From Lama guanicoe (Eukaryota): a stretch of 64,000 nucleotides of DNA. Below are positions 1 to 12,250 of this stretch, piece after piece. A model generated the notes under the pieces. That model did not search any database, was not told the origin of the DNA, and saw nothing but the letters and a program-made list of their open reading frames with translations. Numbering within the stretch: the stretch's first letter is position 1; the number at the start of each line of letters is the position of its first letter. The stretch is from positions 1,931,793-1,995,792 of the forward strand of contig MU053493.1 of assembly GCA_013239625.1 (NCBI GenBank). The letters are read 5' to 3'. The position numbers were made by a program, and so were the translations under genes.

Positions 1-554
1 CTGGGGAGTCATTCGGTGACCTGGCCTGATGGAGAGGCAAGAGGATGAGGTAGCAGAGGCCAGATGGTCCTGTTTAGATGGACATGCAGACCCCCTGACA
101 GATTTTCACTGGAAGGCTGACACCATAGATGAGTGTGGAAGGCAGGCATGGAGGGGAGGCCCGCTGGGGAGAGACGATGAGGCCAGAGTAGAGGCTGGTA
201 GGGATGGAGGAGGGCCGGAGGTGAGACCCTGAATGGGGAGAGCTGTGTGCAGGTCCAGGAGAGGGGGTGGTCCATGGCGACAGGAGGGGGGGACTCGGGG
301 GAGGGAAGATCATCTTCAAGGGGGAAAGAGTTGTTGCATTCCTCTTTCAGGAAGGATGAAGGGCCTTTTGAGGGGTGGGTGGGAACCAGGGAGTCATCCC
401 CTAGCCATACTGGCTGAGGCCACGGATGTACACAGACCCTGTGGGAGTGGACGGCTGAGCAGGGGAGGGGGCGGCCAGAGAGCCTCTGGGGCCCAGCCCT
501 GCTTTGATGGAAAGTTGTGACCTGAAATTTCTTTGTTCAGTCGTTCAGTAAAGG

Positions 555-725
555 ACTTGGGGAGTGGGGAATGAGGAGTGAGTGTTTAACGGGTCTGGAG
601 TTCAGTTTTGCAAGATGCAAGGAATTCTGGGATTGGATGGACTTCACACCATGGAACTGTCCACTTAGAAATGGTCGGAATGATAAATTGTATGTTATGT
701 TGATTTTACCACAATTTAAAAAATG
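555..725 (+). mobile_element. Old L1 (L1MB-like) 3' end
   Basis: ggggaatgaggagtgagtgtttaacggg...ttttaccacaatttaaaaaa resembles L1MB termini. Confidence 0.65.
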
Positions 726-1347
726 AAAGAGAGGAAGAGCCCAGCACCATATCTAGTAAACACTCACTGGAGGATATTATTAAAAACACAGAGCCCGTCT
801 CAGAGACACTCAGTACCTATAAATTCTACCTACAGTTATTCTTCACACTCTTGAGTTTCTGCTGTCCATCCCACCATTCCGGGACTTGGCTTCCGGCCTC
901 TCCTCTCCTGTTAATCTCCTCCAAATGTCGCTGTGTCTCTGTCCTCCGCCTGTGGAAAGCTGTTCTCCAGAGTGGTTTTTACTAAGAGAGAGTTGTGTGC
1001 ATGAGTCAGGTGTGTGTGTGTGTCGGGGAGGCTGGCTGGATCCTCTGTCCAGATGCTGGACTATCTAAAGTGATCTCAGCCTGGAGACCCTCCCCAAGTG
1101 TCCTGAACCCCGTAGTGCACCAGCCAGGAAGCCTGACTCATAGAAATTAAGGCAGTGTTCCTGGTATTGTGACAGCAGGCAGAGCCCCAGATAGAATGTG
1201 ACGAAAAACCTTAAAGGATGTGCTCCTGCCCATAATATGATGCCTTCTCTAGTCTCACCTCCTTCCCTATAACAATCCCCGCCCTATGACTTATTAACAG
1301 AAGTGACTAAAAGTGATCAGAGGGGGAGGCTTTGGAGATTCACTTAG

Positions 1348-2168
1348 TTTTTAATTGAAATATGATTGATTTACAATGTTGTGGAGGGTAGGGTATAGCT
1401 CAGCGATTTATAGAGTGCGTGCCAACATGCATGAGGTCCTGGGTTCATGCCCCAGTATCGCCGTTAAAATAAATAAATAAACAAACCTGATTACCTCCCA
1501 GCACCAAAAAACCCCAAACAAACAAACAAACAAACAAATGTTGTGTTAGTTTCTGGTCTACAGCAAAGTGACTCAGTCATACAAATATATACACATATTT
1601 TTTCATATTCTTTTTCATTATAGGCTATTAAAAGGTATTGAATATAGTTCCCTGTGCTATACAGTAGGACCTTGTTGTTTATCTCTTTTATGTATAGTAG
1701 TGTTTATCTGTTAACCCAAACTCCTAATTTATCCCTACCCACCTTTTCCCTTTGGTAACCATAAGTTTGTTTTCTATGTCTATGAGTCTCTTTCTGTTTT
1801 GAAAATAAGTTCATTTGTCTCATTTTTTAGATTCCATATATAAGTGGTATCATATGATATTTGTCTTTCTCTGTCTGACTTACTTAACTTAGTATGATGA
1901 TCTCCAAGTCCATCCATGTTGCTGCAAATGGCATTATTTCATTCTTTCTAATGGCTGAGTAGTATTCCATTGTATATTTTTATACCACAACTTCTTTATC
2001 CAATCATCTGTCAATGGACATTTAGGTTACTTCCATGTCTTGGCTATTGTCAATAGTGTTGCTGTGAATACTGGGTGCATATATCTTTTTGAATTGGAGT
2101 TTTGTCTAGATATATGCCAGGGGTAGGATCGCTAGACCATATGGTAACTCTATTGTTAGTTTCTTAAA
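1348..2168 (-). mobile_element. Lineage-specific L1, 5'-truncated 3' fragment with a nested SINE
   Basis: Typical artiodactyl L1 3' end (gatttacaatgttgtgttagtttctgg...tagattccatatataagtg...ccatgttgctgcaaatggc). Confidence 0.9.
1384..1536 (+). mobile_element. tRNA-Ala-derived camelid SINE (vic-1-like), nested in L1
   Basis: A/B-box head, AAAT tail and ACCTGATTACC; TSD AATGTTGTG at 1375-1383 and 1537-1545. Confidence 0.88.
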
Positions 2169-3450
2169 GAAAGGGATTCACCTTTTTAAAGCCTTTGTTT
2201 TGAATTGCATGGTATACATAACATTCTTTTTTCAAGTAAGCTATTTAGTTGAAGAATACCAGACAGAAAAGTGCAAAAATTCTAAGTGTTTATTGCCATG
2301 AATTTTCTCAGAGTGAGCACATCCATGTAACTACCACCCAGACAAAGAAATAAAGCATCACTAGAACTCAAGAATCCCCTCCCAACCATGACCTTCAGTA
2401 CCCAGAGGGAATCAGAATCCTATCACCAAATATTATTTTTGCTGATTTTTGGATTTTTTAAATAAGTAAATTTCTACACCATGTACTCTTTTGTGGTAGC
2501 TTCTTTTACTCAGTGACAGTCCTTCATAGGTGCTACATGTAGCAGTAGCTCCTTGACTGTCACTGTCACAGAGTTTTACACTGTATATGTATGTAAGAAT
2601 TTATCCATTCTACTTTTGATGGGCATTTGGATCTTTCCCAGTTTTTGGTCATTGTTACTGTTGAGAACATTCTTGTATGTTTGATGCCCATCTAAACTTG
2701 GTGCATTGATGCATTTTTACTGAGTATGTACTCAGGGATGGAATTGATGGGTCATAAGATATGAGTATGTTTCTATTTCAGTGAGCACTACCAATCCATT
2801 TCCCCAGTGGTTATAATAAATTGCATTCATGTCGGCAAAGATAAGAGTTTCGTTTTATTCACATCCTTGCTAAGAATTAAGCTGTCAGTCATTTTAATTT
2901 TAATTCTGGTAGATGTAGAATGAGATTCTTTGGTTTTCATTTGCATTTCCCTGAAGACCAATTTCAGTATCTTTTTTTGAATATTTTTATTGTCCTTTTG
3001 GATGTCTCCTTTTGTGAAGTTCCTGTGTAAGTCTTCTGCTCATTTCCTCTGGGTTTTCTTTATCTTTGTGCTGTGTAAGGTTTCTTTATATATTCAATAC
3101 CCGAGATCTTTGTTGGATGTATGCACTGCAGATATTTTCTCACACTCTTTTTTTCTCACTCTCAGAGGTATCTTTTGATAATAAGGAGTAGCTTATGAAT
3201 TTTTTTCCTTGAAGATAATTGCTTTCTGTGCTATGTTCATGGAATCTGTTTGTACCCTAAGAACATGAGGAGAGTCTCCTATTTTAGCTGTTAGAAGCTT
3301 TATTGTTTGAATTTTTACTTTTAGATCTCCAACCCTACAATGGACCTGGAGTCCAGTTTTTGTGTATGGTGTGAGGTAGTGGTCAAGATTCATTTTTCTT
3401 CTAATGGGTATCTGGTTGATCTAGCATTGTTGATTACCCCACTGCTCTCT

Positions 3451-4346
3451 ATAATAAAGGTCTGATTCCGTTTTTGATGTTTGGCTGCTGACAGCTTTCA
3501 GACTCTACCTCCTGCTTTTCCTTCTGCCCTAAATCTGGTAAGAAAGTTTGCCCACAACCTCATGTGGTGCTGGTGGGAAGTTCATCTTTTTCTGATTTTG
3601 GGTGGTGGTAGGTTGGGTTGTTTATTTGAGATTTTTCTTGTTTTTGCAGGAAGGTCTCTATTGCTGTGACCTTCTCTCTTAGGACTGGTTTTGCTGCATC
3701 CCATAGGTATTATGTTGTTGTGTCATGGGAAGTTTAGACTACACAAGCCCCAGACACTGTGTGCAAACTCTTTTGTGGCCTCATCCCTGAATCATCAGGG
3801 TACTCATTCCCACTTTCTCTCAAGCCACTTATGCCATTTTTGGATAGGATTTTGTTCCTGCCATGTTCTCCCCAGAAAGATCAATATGTGAGTAATTAAT
3901 CTCTTCATACCTTCCTTTAGGGTTTTCTATAGGTAGTGTCATGGCATTTACATATAGTGATAGTTATCTCTTCTCTGCCAATTTGGATCCCTTTTGTTTC
4001 TTTTTCTTGTCTAATTGCTATGGCGAGGAGTTCCAGTACAATGTTGAATAGAAGTGATGACAGTGAGCATTCTTGTCTTGTTCCAGATTTTAGTAAGAAG
4101 GCTTTCAGCTTTTCACCATTGATATTATCTTGGCTGTGGGTTTCCCATAAGTAGCTTTTATTATGTTGAGATATATTCTCTCTATGCCCACTTTGGTAAG
4201 AGTTTTTTTTTTTTTATCATGAATGGGTGTTGAATTTTATTCTTTGCTTCTCCCTAATATGTATGTGTATGGTGTCAACATTCTCAACACCTGAACCAAT
4301 TTTAGGTGGGGAGGTAGATCCCGTCCTCCATGGATGATCACAACAC
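3451..4346. mobile_element. ERVL-class solo LTR (MER54/MER74-like), interrupted by two internal L1 fragments (3583-3725 and about 3918-4240)
   Basis: Starts aaggtctgattccgtttttgatgtttggctgctgacagctttcag and ends tcacaaca; the host L1 resumes afterwards. Family assignment is from recall. Confidence 0.5.
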
Positions 4347-5467
4347 GCTGCAATGTCACTTTTTTAGTAAATGAAATTACTGTATGTGTGGGAGTCCCTT
4401 TTCAATCCTGCTGTTCGTCTATCCTTATACCAATAACACAATACCTTAATTACTGTGACTTTATACATAGTTACTTCTGCCAATTTTAATTTCTTCAGTT
4501 TTGTTCTTTAAGATTGCCTTGCTGTGTTTGGCTCTTCACATTTCTGTATAAAAATTGGAATCATTCTGTCAATTTCCATATAGATATTTGCACATAGAGC
4601 ACTGCTGAGATTTTGATGTGAGTCCTCTGAATTATAGACCTATTAAGAGGGAGTTGATATCTTTATAATATTAGGTCTTCCTTCCACAACATGAATGTAC
4701 AATTTCCCTCCCTTTGTCTCTAAGTTCTCTTGATACATTTTGTAGTTTTGTATGTATGTCTTTTGTTAGATTTCTTCCAAGGTATTTGGGTATGTATAAA
4801 CATGCTTGTCTCTTATGTATTTCTTTTGGATCCAGCAACTTTGTTAAATTCAGTTATTCTAACAATTAATTTGAAGGTCCTTTTGCATTTTTAAGGTGCA
4901 TAATCATGTTGACTATGAATAATGAAAGTAGGTTTTTTTTCCCTCTTCGCACTGATTGCAAACCCCCCAGTTCAGTGACTCCCCTCTTAGGGGAAAGTCT
5001 TTCAGTGTTTTACTTTAAATTATGCTGCCTGTTCTCGATTTTTTAGTGAATACTCTGTGTGAGTCAGAAAGTTCCCTTTCATTTATAGTTTGCTGCAAGT
5101 TTTTTATCATGAGTAGGTGTTGAATTTTATCAAATACCTTTTCTGCATCTAATTAAATAATCATTGAATAGTTTCCTTTTATTTTATTAATGTGTTCAGC
5201 TATATGATGAATTTTCGAATATTAATCCAACTTTGCATTCTGAACTAAATCCAGCTGAGTTGTGATATGATGTAATTTTCATATGTAATTTGATTTGATA
5301 ATTTTTTTAGTTTCTTTGCATCTGTGTTTAAAAATGATTTGCTTTAATTTTAGTTTCATAAAATATCAAGGTCAGTTTTGGTATCAAGATAATGGTGGCT
5401 ATTTAAAGTGAGTTGGCAAATGTGTCCTCTTTTACATTCCCTGCAAGATTTGGGGTAATATTGGGGT

Positions 5468-5497
5468 TTGTTGTTGTTGTTGTTGTTGTTGTTGTTG
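5468..5497. repeat. (TTG)10 microsatellite
   Basis: Direct reading. Confidence 0.95.
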
Positions 5498-6084
5498 CTT
5501 GTGTTTGCTTAAATGTTTGGAATAGTCCAACTAGGAAGCCACTGGGGCCTGAAGTTATTTGAGAAGAGAACTTTTAATTACAGGTTCAGTTTTTTTAGTA
5601 GATACAGGACCATTTGGATATTTTGTTTTTTCTAGCATCAGTTTTGCTAAGTTGTATTTCAGTAATTTGTTCATTTAGTAAAAATTGTCATAACAATTAA
5701 TAAAGTGTTCATAATATCTATTATATTTTGCAAGTGATATCCACCTTTTCATTTGTGGTACTGTAATTTGTGTACTCGCCCTCTCCCTCATTTTTATCAG
5801 TCTTGATAAGGATTTATATATTTAATCCTTTCCACTCTAGAATCAACATTCGGATTTGTTGATTTTTCTCTGCTATACATTTGTTTTCTGTTTTATTTTT
5901 TTCCCTGCCCATCTATTTCTTATTTCCCTCCTTGGCCTTTATTTGGGGTTTAATTTGCTGTTTTTTTCAAAGTGCTTGAGAGTAACTGGATATCTAGATT
6001 ATTTTACCAGCATTTTTTATTTTCTAATGAAGGAATTTAAGGTTGTAAATTTCCTTGTAAGCCTGTTTTAACAGTAATCCACTT

Positions 6085-6570
6085 TCTAAAAATTGTGGTT
6101 AAAAAACCCATAAAATTAAAATTTACATTTTAACCATTTTTAAATGTATAGATCAGTGGTGTAAACCATCTTTACATTGTTGGAAAACTTATCTCCAGGG
6201 CATTTTTCGTCTTGCAAATCTGAAACTCTATACCCATTAAAAATGCCCCTTACCCCCTTACCCCCAGCCTCTGACAACCACCATTTTACTTTCTGTTTCT
6301 ATGAATTTGACTACTTTAGATATCCCATGTGAGTGGAATCATGCTGTATTTTTCCTTTTGTAATCGACCTACTTCACTTAATGTGATGCCCTCAAGGTTC
6401 ATCCATGTTGTAGCTTGTGTTAGAGTTTCTTTCCTTTTAAAAAAGCCTGAATAATATTCCATTGTAAGGGTATGTCACGTTTTCTTTATCCATTATTCCA
6501 TCAATGAACGTTTGAGTTGTTTCCATCTTTTGGATAATTGTGAATAATCCAGCTATGAATATGAGTGTGT
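6085..6570 (-). mobile_element. L1MB/L1MA-like 3' end
   Basis: tttacattttaaccatttttaaatgta...ctgaaactctatacccattaa...caaggttcatccatgttgtagc. Confidence 0.8.
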
Positions 6571-7194
6571 AACACTGTTTTTTGATATGTTGTATTTCCA
6601 TTATAAATCAGTACAAAATTTTTAAGTTTTTATATTTATGTTCTTTTGTGTTCTACTATGTTCTACCTGTGGGTTATTTCACAGTGGTTAATTTCCAAGT
6701 GTCTGCATATTTTCTAGTTATAGTTTTGTTATTCATTTCTAGCTTATACTGTAGTCAGAAACATATTCTTTGTGATTTTAACATTTTGATATTTGTTTAG
6801 ACTCATTTTAGACTTGTCTACCAAACGATTAATTTTGATGAAATTTTCTCTGTGCACTTGTGTGTATTTCCTCAGTGCCATAATTTTCATATATTAATGA
6901 GGAAATTTTTAGTCACTGTGTTGTTCAAACCTAATTCCATTCTGATTTTTGTCTGCTTATTTTAGTTTCCTGAGAGAAGTGCTAAAAAGTATCCCACTGT
7001 GATTTCAGATTTATCTTTTTGCAGTACTATTATTTTCCCTTTGTAAAGTTTTAGAGCATATAACTAAATATGTATACACTAGGATTTAAATTTAGAATTT
7101 ATTGATAGCAGATTGCCCTTTTTATGAATTTTTCCTTTAATAATGCCTCTTTTCCTAAAGTCTACTTTGTCTAAATATCAATATTTAAGCTTTC

Positions 7195-8260
7195 TTTTTT
7201 AAGTAAAGTTTTACTTTAGAATTGATTTAGATTTATAGAGAAGTTGAAAAGATTAAGTAGAGAGAGTTGCCATATATCCTACACTGACTTTTCCCCATTG
7301 TTAACATCTTACATGATCCATTGGTAACAAGTAATGAAACTATGTCAATGCATTATTATTAACCAGAGTCTATACTTCAGATTTTCTTACTTTTTACCTG
7401 TTTTTTTCTATACCATGATTCCATTTAAGGTACCACATTAAATGTAATCTTCTACAAATTTTATTGACAAACCAGAAATAGATTCTTGCATATAGAAAAT
7501 AAACTATGGTTACCAAAGGGGAAGGGGTGGGGGAGGGATAAATTAGGAGTTTGGGATTAACAGATACACATTACTCTACACAAAATAGGCAAACAACAAG
7601 GACCTACTGTATAGCACAGGGAACTGTATTCAATTTCTTGTAATAACCTATAATGGAAAAGAATCTGAAAATACATACATGTGTATGTATATATACACAT
7701 ATAACTGAAACACTTTGCTATACACTTGAAACATTGTAAGTCAACTAGACGTCAGTAAAAAAAATAAAATTAAAAAGAAATGTAATCTTCATGTCTCTTT
7801 AGGTGCTTTTAGAGGGTGAAAGCTTCTTAGGCTTTCCTTGTTTTTGATGACCTTGATGGTTTCGAGGAGCCCTGATTAGGTGTTTTATAGAATATAGTAC
7901 GATTTGGGTTTGTCTGATACTTTTCTCATGGTTTGCCAGGGGTCATGGACTTTTGTCAGGAGATTGCACGAGGAAAAGTGCCTTTCTCCCCATAACCAAA
8001 TCAGGGTGCAGGACTTAGCACTCACTGTTGACATCAACCTTGACCACCTGGGAGTTCTGCCCCATCTCCATGAGGGGGCAGTGTCTACACAAAGTATATG
8101 GAATTCTGCATGGGGCATTTGCCTCTTCTCCCTCATTTGTTATTTACATCCATATGAACTCAGGGCTATTTTTTGTACTTTGGTTGACACAGTACTATTT
8201 TATTTATTTTCTTGTTCAAACTGTTTCACCTTCACCCTTTTCTAATGTATCCACATACCA
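7195..8260 (-). mobile_element. L1MC-like 3' UTR fragment, interrupted by a younger L1
   Basis: tttagatttatagagaagttg...ttccttgtttttgatgaccttga...acatcaaccttgaccacctgg. Confidence 0.65.
7453..7777 (+). mobile_element. Lineage-specific L1 3' end
   Basis: A-rich tail; TSD AAATGTAATCTTC at 7440-7452 and 7778-7790. Confidence 0.9.
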
Positions 8261-8611
8261 GACTTAACCTCTCTGCTGTCCTTCTCTCTGGGAATCAGGC
8301 ACCCCAAGTTCTCACTGTTTTAGGAGCTCTAAACGACAGTTTCCAGTTTCCCCAGCCTTGTGAGATGGGGGAAAGGTTCTGCTTAGTCCTGTTGCCTGGT
8401 AACTAGCACTTGCTGTTTGGTTTTCAACCTCTTGGCTCCCATCATTCTGAATGCACAGATGCCCTGGAGAGAAAGGCAGCGTAGAATGCTGAACTGATTT
8501 CAGTATTTTTTTCCTTGCTTCTCAGGATATCCTCCCCTCAAGTCCTAGCTCCTTTGGTGGGTCTGTGATGCTTCCAGAGAAATTTTTAAAAAGTTGATCA
8601 AGAGTTGCTAG

Positions 8612-9019
8612 TTGTTTCTTTTCCATTACAGCCCATTACAAGAAATTGAATGTAGTTCCTTGTGCTGTACAGTAGGTCCTTGTTTATCTATTTTATATGT
8701 AACAGTTTGTGTCTGTTCATCTCAAACTCCTAATTTATCCATCCCCTACTCCCTTTCCCCTTTGGTAACCATAAATTTGTTTTCTATTTCTGTGAGTCTG
8801 TTTCTGTTTTGTAAATAAGTTCATTCATCTCATTTTTTTTTTTTTAGATTCCACATATAAGTGATATCATGTGGTATTTTTCTTTGTCTTTCTGGCTTAC
8901 TTCACTTAGTATGATGATCTCCAGGTCCATCCATGTTGCCACAAATGGCATTATTTCATTCTTTTTTATGGCTGAGTAGTATTCCATTGTGTGTGTGTAT
9001 ACATATATGTATGTATGTA

Positions 9020-9059
<40 letters not shown>

Positions 9060-9367
9060 CCACAACTTCTTTATCCAGTCATCTGTCAATGCACATTTAG
9101 GTTGCTTCCATGTCTTGGCTGTTGTCAGTAGTGCTGCTATGACATTGAGGTGCATGTATCTTTCTGAATTATAGTGTCCTTTGGATATATGCCCAAGAGT
9201 GGGATTGTTGGATCATGTGGTTAAGTATATTTTTAGTTTTCTAAGGACTCTCCATACTGTTTTCCATAGTGGCTGCACCAAAATACATTCCCACTCACAG
9301 TGTAGGAGGGTTCCCTTTTCTCCACATCCTCTCCAGCATTTATCATTTGTGGACTTTCTAATGATGG
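8612..9367 (-). mobile_element. Lineage-specific L1 3' fragment with an internal TG/TA microsatellite (8988-9059)
   Basis: ORF 8844-9155 (-) encodes the ORF2p C-terminus AKTWKQPKC...WIKKLWY...MEYYSAIKKNEIMPF. Confidence 0.92.
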
Positions 9368-9371
9368 TACA

Positions 9372-9522
9372 TACATGTGGCTATTTAAATTAATTAAAAT
9401 CAAGTAATGTAACAATCCAGCTCCTCCACTGAACTTGCCCACCTCAAGGGCTCAAAGCCTGCCATGTCGGGCAGCACAGAGGAAACACTTCCATCACTGC
9501 AGAGGGTTCTATTGAACAGAGC
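9372..9522. mobile_element. hAT-Charlie MITE fragment (MER3/MER33-like)
   Basis: catgtggctatttaaattaattaaaat...catcactgcagagggttctattgaacag. Confidence 0.6.
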
Positions 9523-10578
9523 CGGTCCAAAATCTTGATTCCAGAATCAGTGTTGAGCTCGCCAGTCTGCAGATAGCCCTATCATCGGTTGCTTCTTTTA
9601 CAAACATTTCCAGGGTATTTTCCTGTAGTCAGTCCTCTGTCGCCTGTCTTCTTTCCCACATTTCCTCCAAAATCCCCACCAAAGGGGACTCCACCCTTCT
9701 GTTGCCCAAATCAATCTATGATACAGGTATTGGATATGGACCACCTTTTGGCTTCCAAGGAAGTTGCACTAAAATGATACTAAGGCATGTTTGATACTCT
9801 AGGATTCATGTCTGAGAAACAGCACTGTCTGTCTTGTTGATGTTTCTGTGACTGTTATTGTTAAGGGGAAACAGGAGGTCTATATTGCTTGGCCCAGGTT
9901 GTCTGTTTCGGGCATGATTAGAGAGAGATGAGAGGCATGCCCTCAGAGAATCAGCTGTCAAGTTGTCTTAGTCCCCAGGTGGACGCCATCAAGGGTAATT
10001 ACAGTGAGTGAGATAATTACTATAAAATGAGTGTGTGAGGTCCCTCTCTTATGTCCTTTATAGCATCTTTAGTAGATGAGATTTTCCTATTTTGAAAGAC
10101 AAAAAGTGCCCAGATCTCCTGGGGTGACAACCTCAACTGCTAGGGGCTAGTGCTTCTCCTGTCTCGTGCCCAGAATCTGCCCTCACCAGTTTGGTTTGCG
10201 GATGCACAGTGGGGTTGGGAGGGGCAGATGGGAGTATCTTCAGACTCAGATCGGGGACAGCAGTATCACTGAAAGAGCTTATTATCATTCCAGGAAGACA
10301 TTGCTTTTCAAAAAGACTCATCAGGCATGTGGGGTATTATGCTAATAGGATTTCTGAAGTCCTCCCACAATTGTGAATATTCGCTTGCTCAGTGATATTT
10401 GCATCCAAGTAACCGATAAGTCAGGTTTGCAGGGAGGGGAAAGAGCTCTGGGCTGGGAGGCAGGGACACCAGCTGTGTGACCTCAGGCAAGTCCTTGCAG
10501 TCTGGGTCTTGGTTTCACCCCCGGCCCCTCCTGCTTCCTCAGAATGATTGTGAGAACCAGAAGCATTGATTGTGCCAA

Positions 10579-11210
10579 TGTTGCAGGAGAATGGGGCGTA
10601 CCAGAGGATGGTCATGTCCCAGATCTCCGGCGAGTCCGTCCATGGGACAGGCTGCCAAGTGAGGATCCTTGGCTTCTTACAGGAAAAAATTCAAGAGCAA
10701 GCCACGGTAAAGTGAAAGCAAGTTTATTTAGAGAGATACATATTCCATAGATAGAATGCAGTCCGTCTCAGAAGGGACAGCAGCCCCAAGGTGCAGGCAT
10801 TGTTAGTTTTTATGGACTGGGTAATTTCACGGGCTAAGGAGTAGGGGGATTATTCCAACTATTTTGGAGAAGGGGTGGGGATTCCCAGGAGTTGAGCCAC
10901 TGATCACTTTTTGGCCTTTTATGGTCAGCCTGGGAACTGTCATGGGCCTGTGGGTGTGTCATTTAGCAGTTGATGTATTACAACCAGTGCAAGGTCTACT
11001 GGAAGTTTCCACCATCTTGGGTCTGGTTGCATCTAACCAGCTTATGTCACATCTTCAATAACTGGGTCATTTTTTTTGTAGTGGAAGTACAATCAGTTTA
11101 CAATGTTGTGTCAATTTCTGGTGTACAGCATAATGTTTCATTCATACTTTTTTGGGGGGTGTGTGTCATTCTTTTAATGGTTGTGCCCCACCCCCTTCCT
11201 TCCTGTCTCA
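10579..11210 (-). mobile_element. ERV1 solo LTR (MER41-like), containing a short nested L1 3' end (about 11068-11150)
   Basis: TG...CA termini, 4-bp TSD CCAA/CCAG, minus-strand AATAAA (gtttattt near 10723), and a MER41-like internal segment aaggggtggggattcccaggag...aactgtcatgg. Confidence 0.75.
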
Positions 11211-11789
11211 CCAGGACTGGGATGGACATTTTGCACTTATCTCTGACCATCAGAGTAACACGGGAAGCTTATATTAGCCCCCATGATAGATGAGACACTT
11301 GGGGCTTAACAGAGTCTTCCTGGAAGAGCTCAGTAAACATCAGTGCCTGGGGCCACACTTTTCATCTGTGGGCCCTTAGATGAGTCAGGGAAGGTCTCAG
11401 CCCTGTGCACCTCCTGTGTGATGTTGACATGACAACACAAGCATGTAGCTCAAGGTAGGCGGTGTGTTGCTAGTGGCCTTGTGCTGTGCATATGTAACAT
11501 TAGGTGACGATGATCAAAGTTTCAAGAGGAAGCGCTGGTGGGAACCTGGGGCAGCTGGTTGGCTTTTCTGAAGGCATTGACTGTACTGTGCTCCCTGCAG
11601 CTCAACTGCCGGGCTTGGTGGGAAGAGACAGGTGGGTCTTTGTTTTGTCCACGTAGTCCCAGCCATTGCTGTGCATGGGCCTTTGGAATCTGATACCCTT
11701 GCTCCCTGAGCTGGTGCATCTCAACCTGTGTAGGAAGAGAATTGGAACCCAAGACCAGATTCACCCAGAGCACTGTTCAGTTCCGAGAA

Positions 11790-12250
11790 ACTTCCTTTCA
11801 TTTTCCCTTTGATAATTTCCTTCTATTTTCTCTTTCTGGAATTCTGGCATTGACCCTCTTGATTTAATCCTTTAAGTCTCTCTTATCTCTTCTTTCATCT
11901 TCTTCCATCCCCTTCTCTTTTGGTTCTGCTTTCTGGGACATTTTGATGACTTTATCTTTAAATCCTTATATTGAACTTTTTTACACTTTTTTCTACTTTT
12001 AATTTCCAAGAGCTCTTTCTCCCTTTTCATTATCTCTTTTTTGGTAGCATTCTGGTTTTGTCTTCTGGAAGCCATATCTTCTTAGATTTGTTTCAAAGTG
12101 TTAATCACTACTTTATGTATTTTTGACAATTTCTCCTGTCCACTGCACTTTCTTGTTTCCTCACACTCATGTACCTGGATTTTCTTCTTCCTGTTGGAGG
12201 CCTTCCTCCTGAACCTGTGATCCGTGCTGGTTCCTTCATATTTAGAAGGG
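11790..12250 (-). mobile_element. Ancient L1/HAL1 ORF1-like remnant
   Basis: The minus frame gives K/E-rich coiled-coil-like text (KREKELLEIK...DLKIK). Confidence 0.45.

Larger units (their letters stand above)
2230..7190 (-). mobile_element. Ancient decayed L1 (L1MC/L1ME-like) with nested insertions
   Basis: T-rich antisense L1 texture; ORF 3193-3393 gives MNLDHYLTPYTK, an ORF2p C-terminal remnant. Confidence 0.75.
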
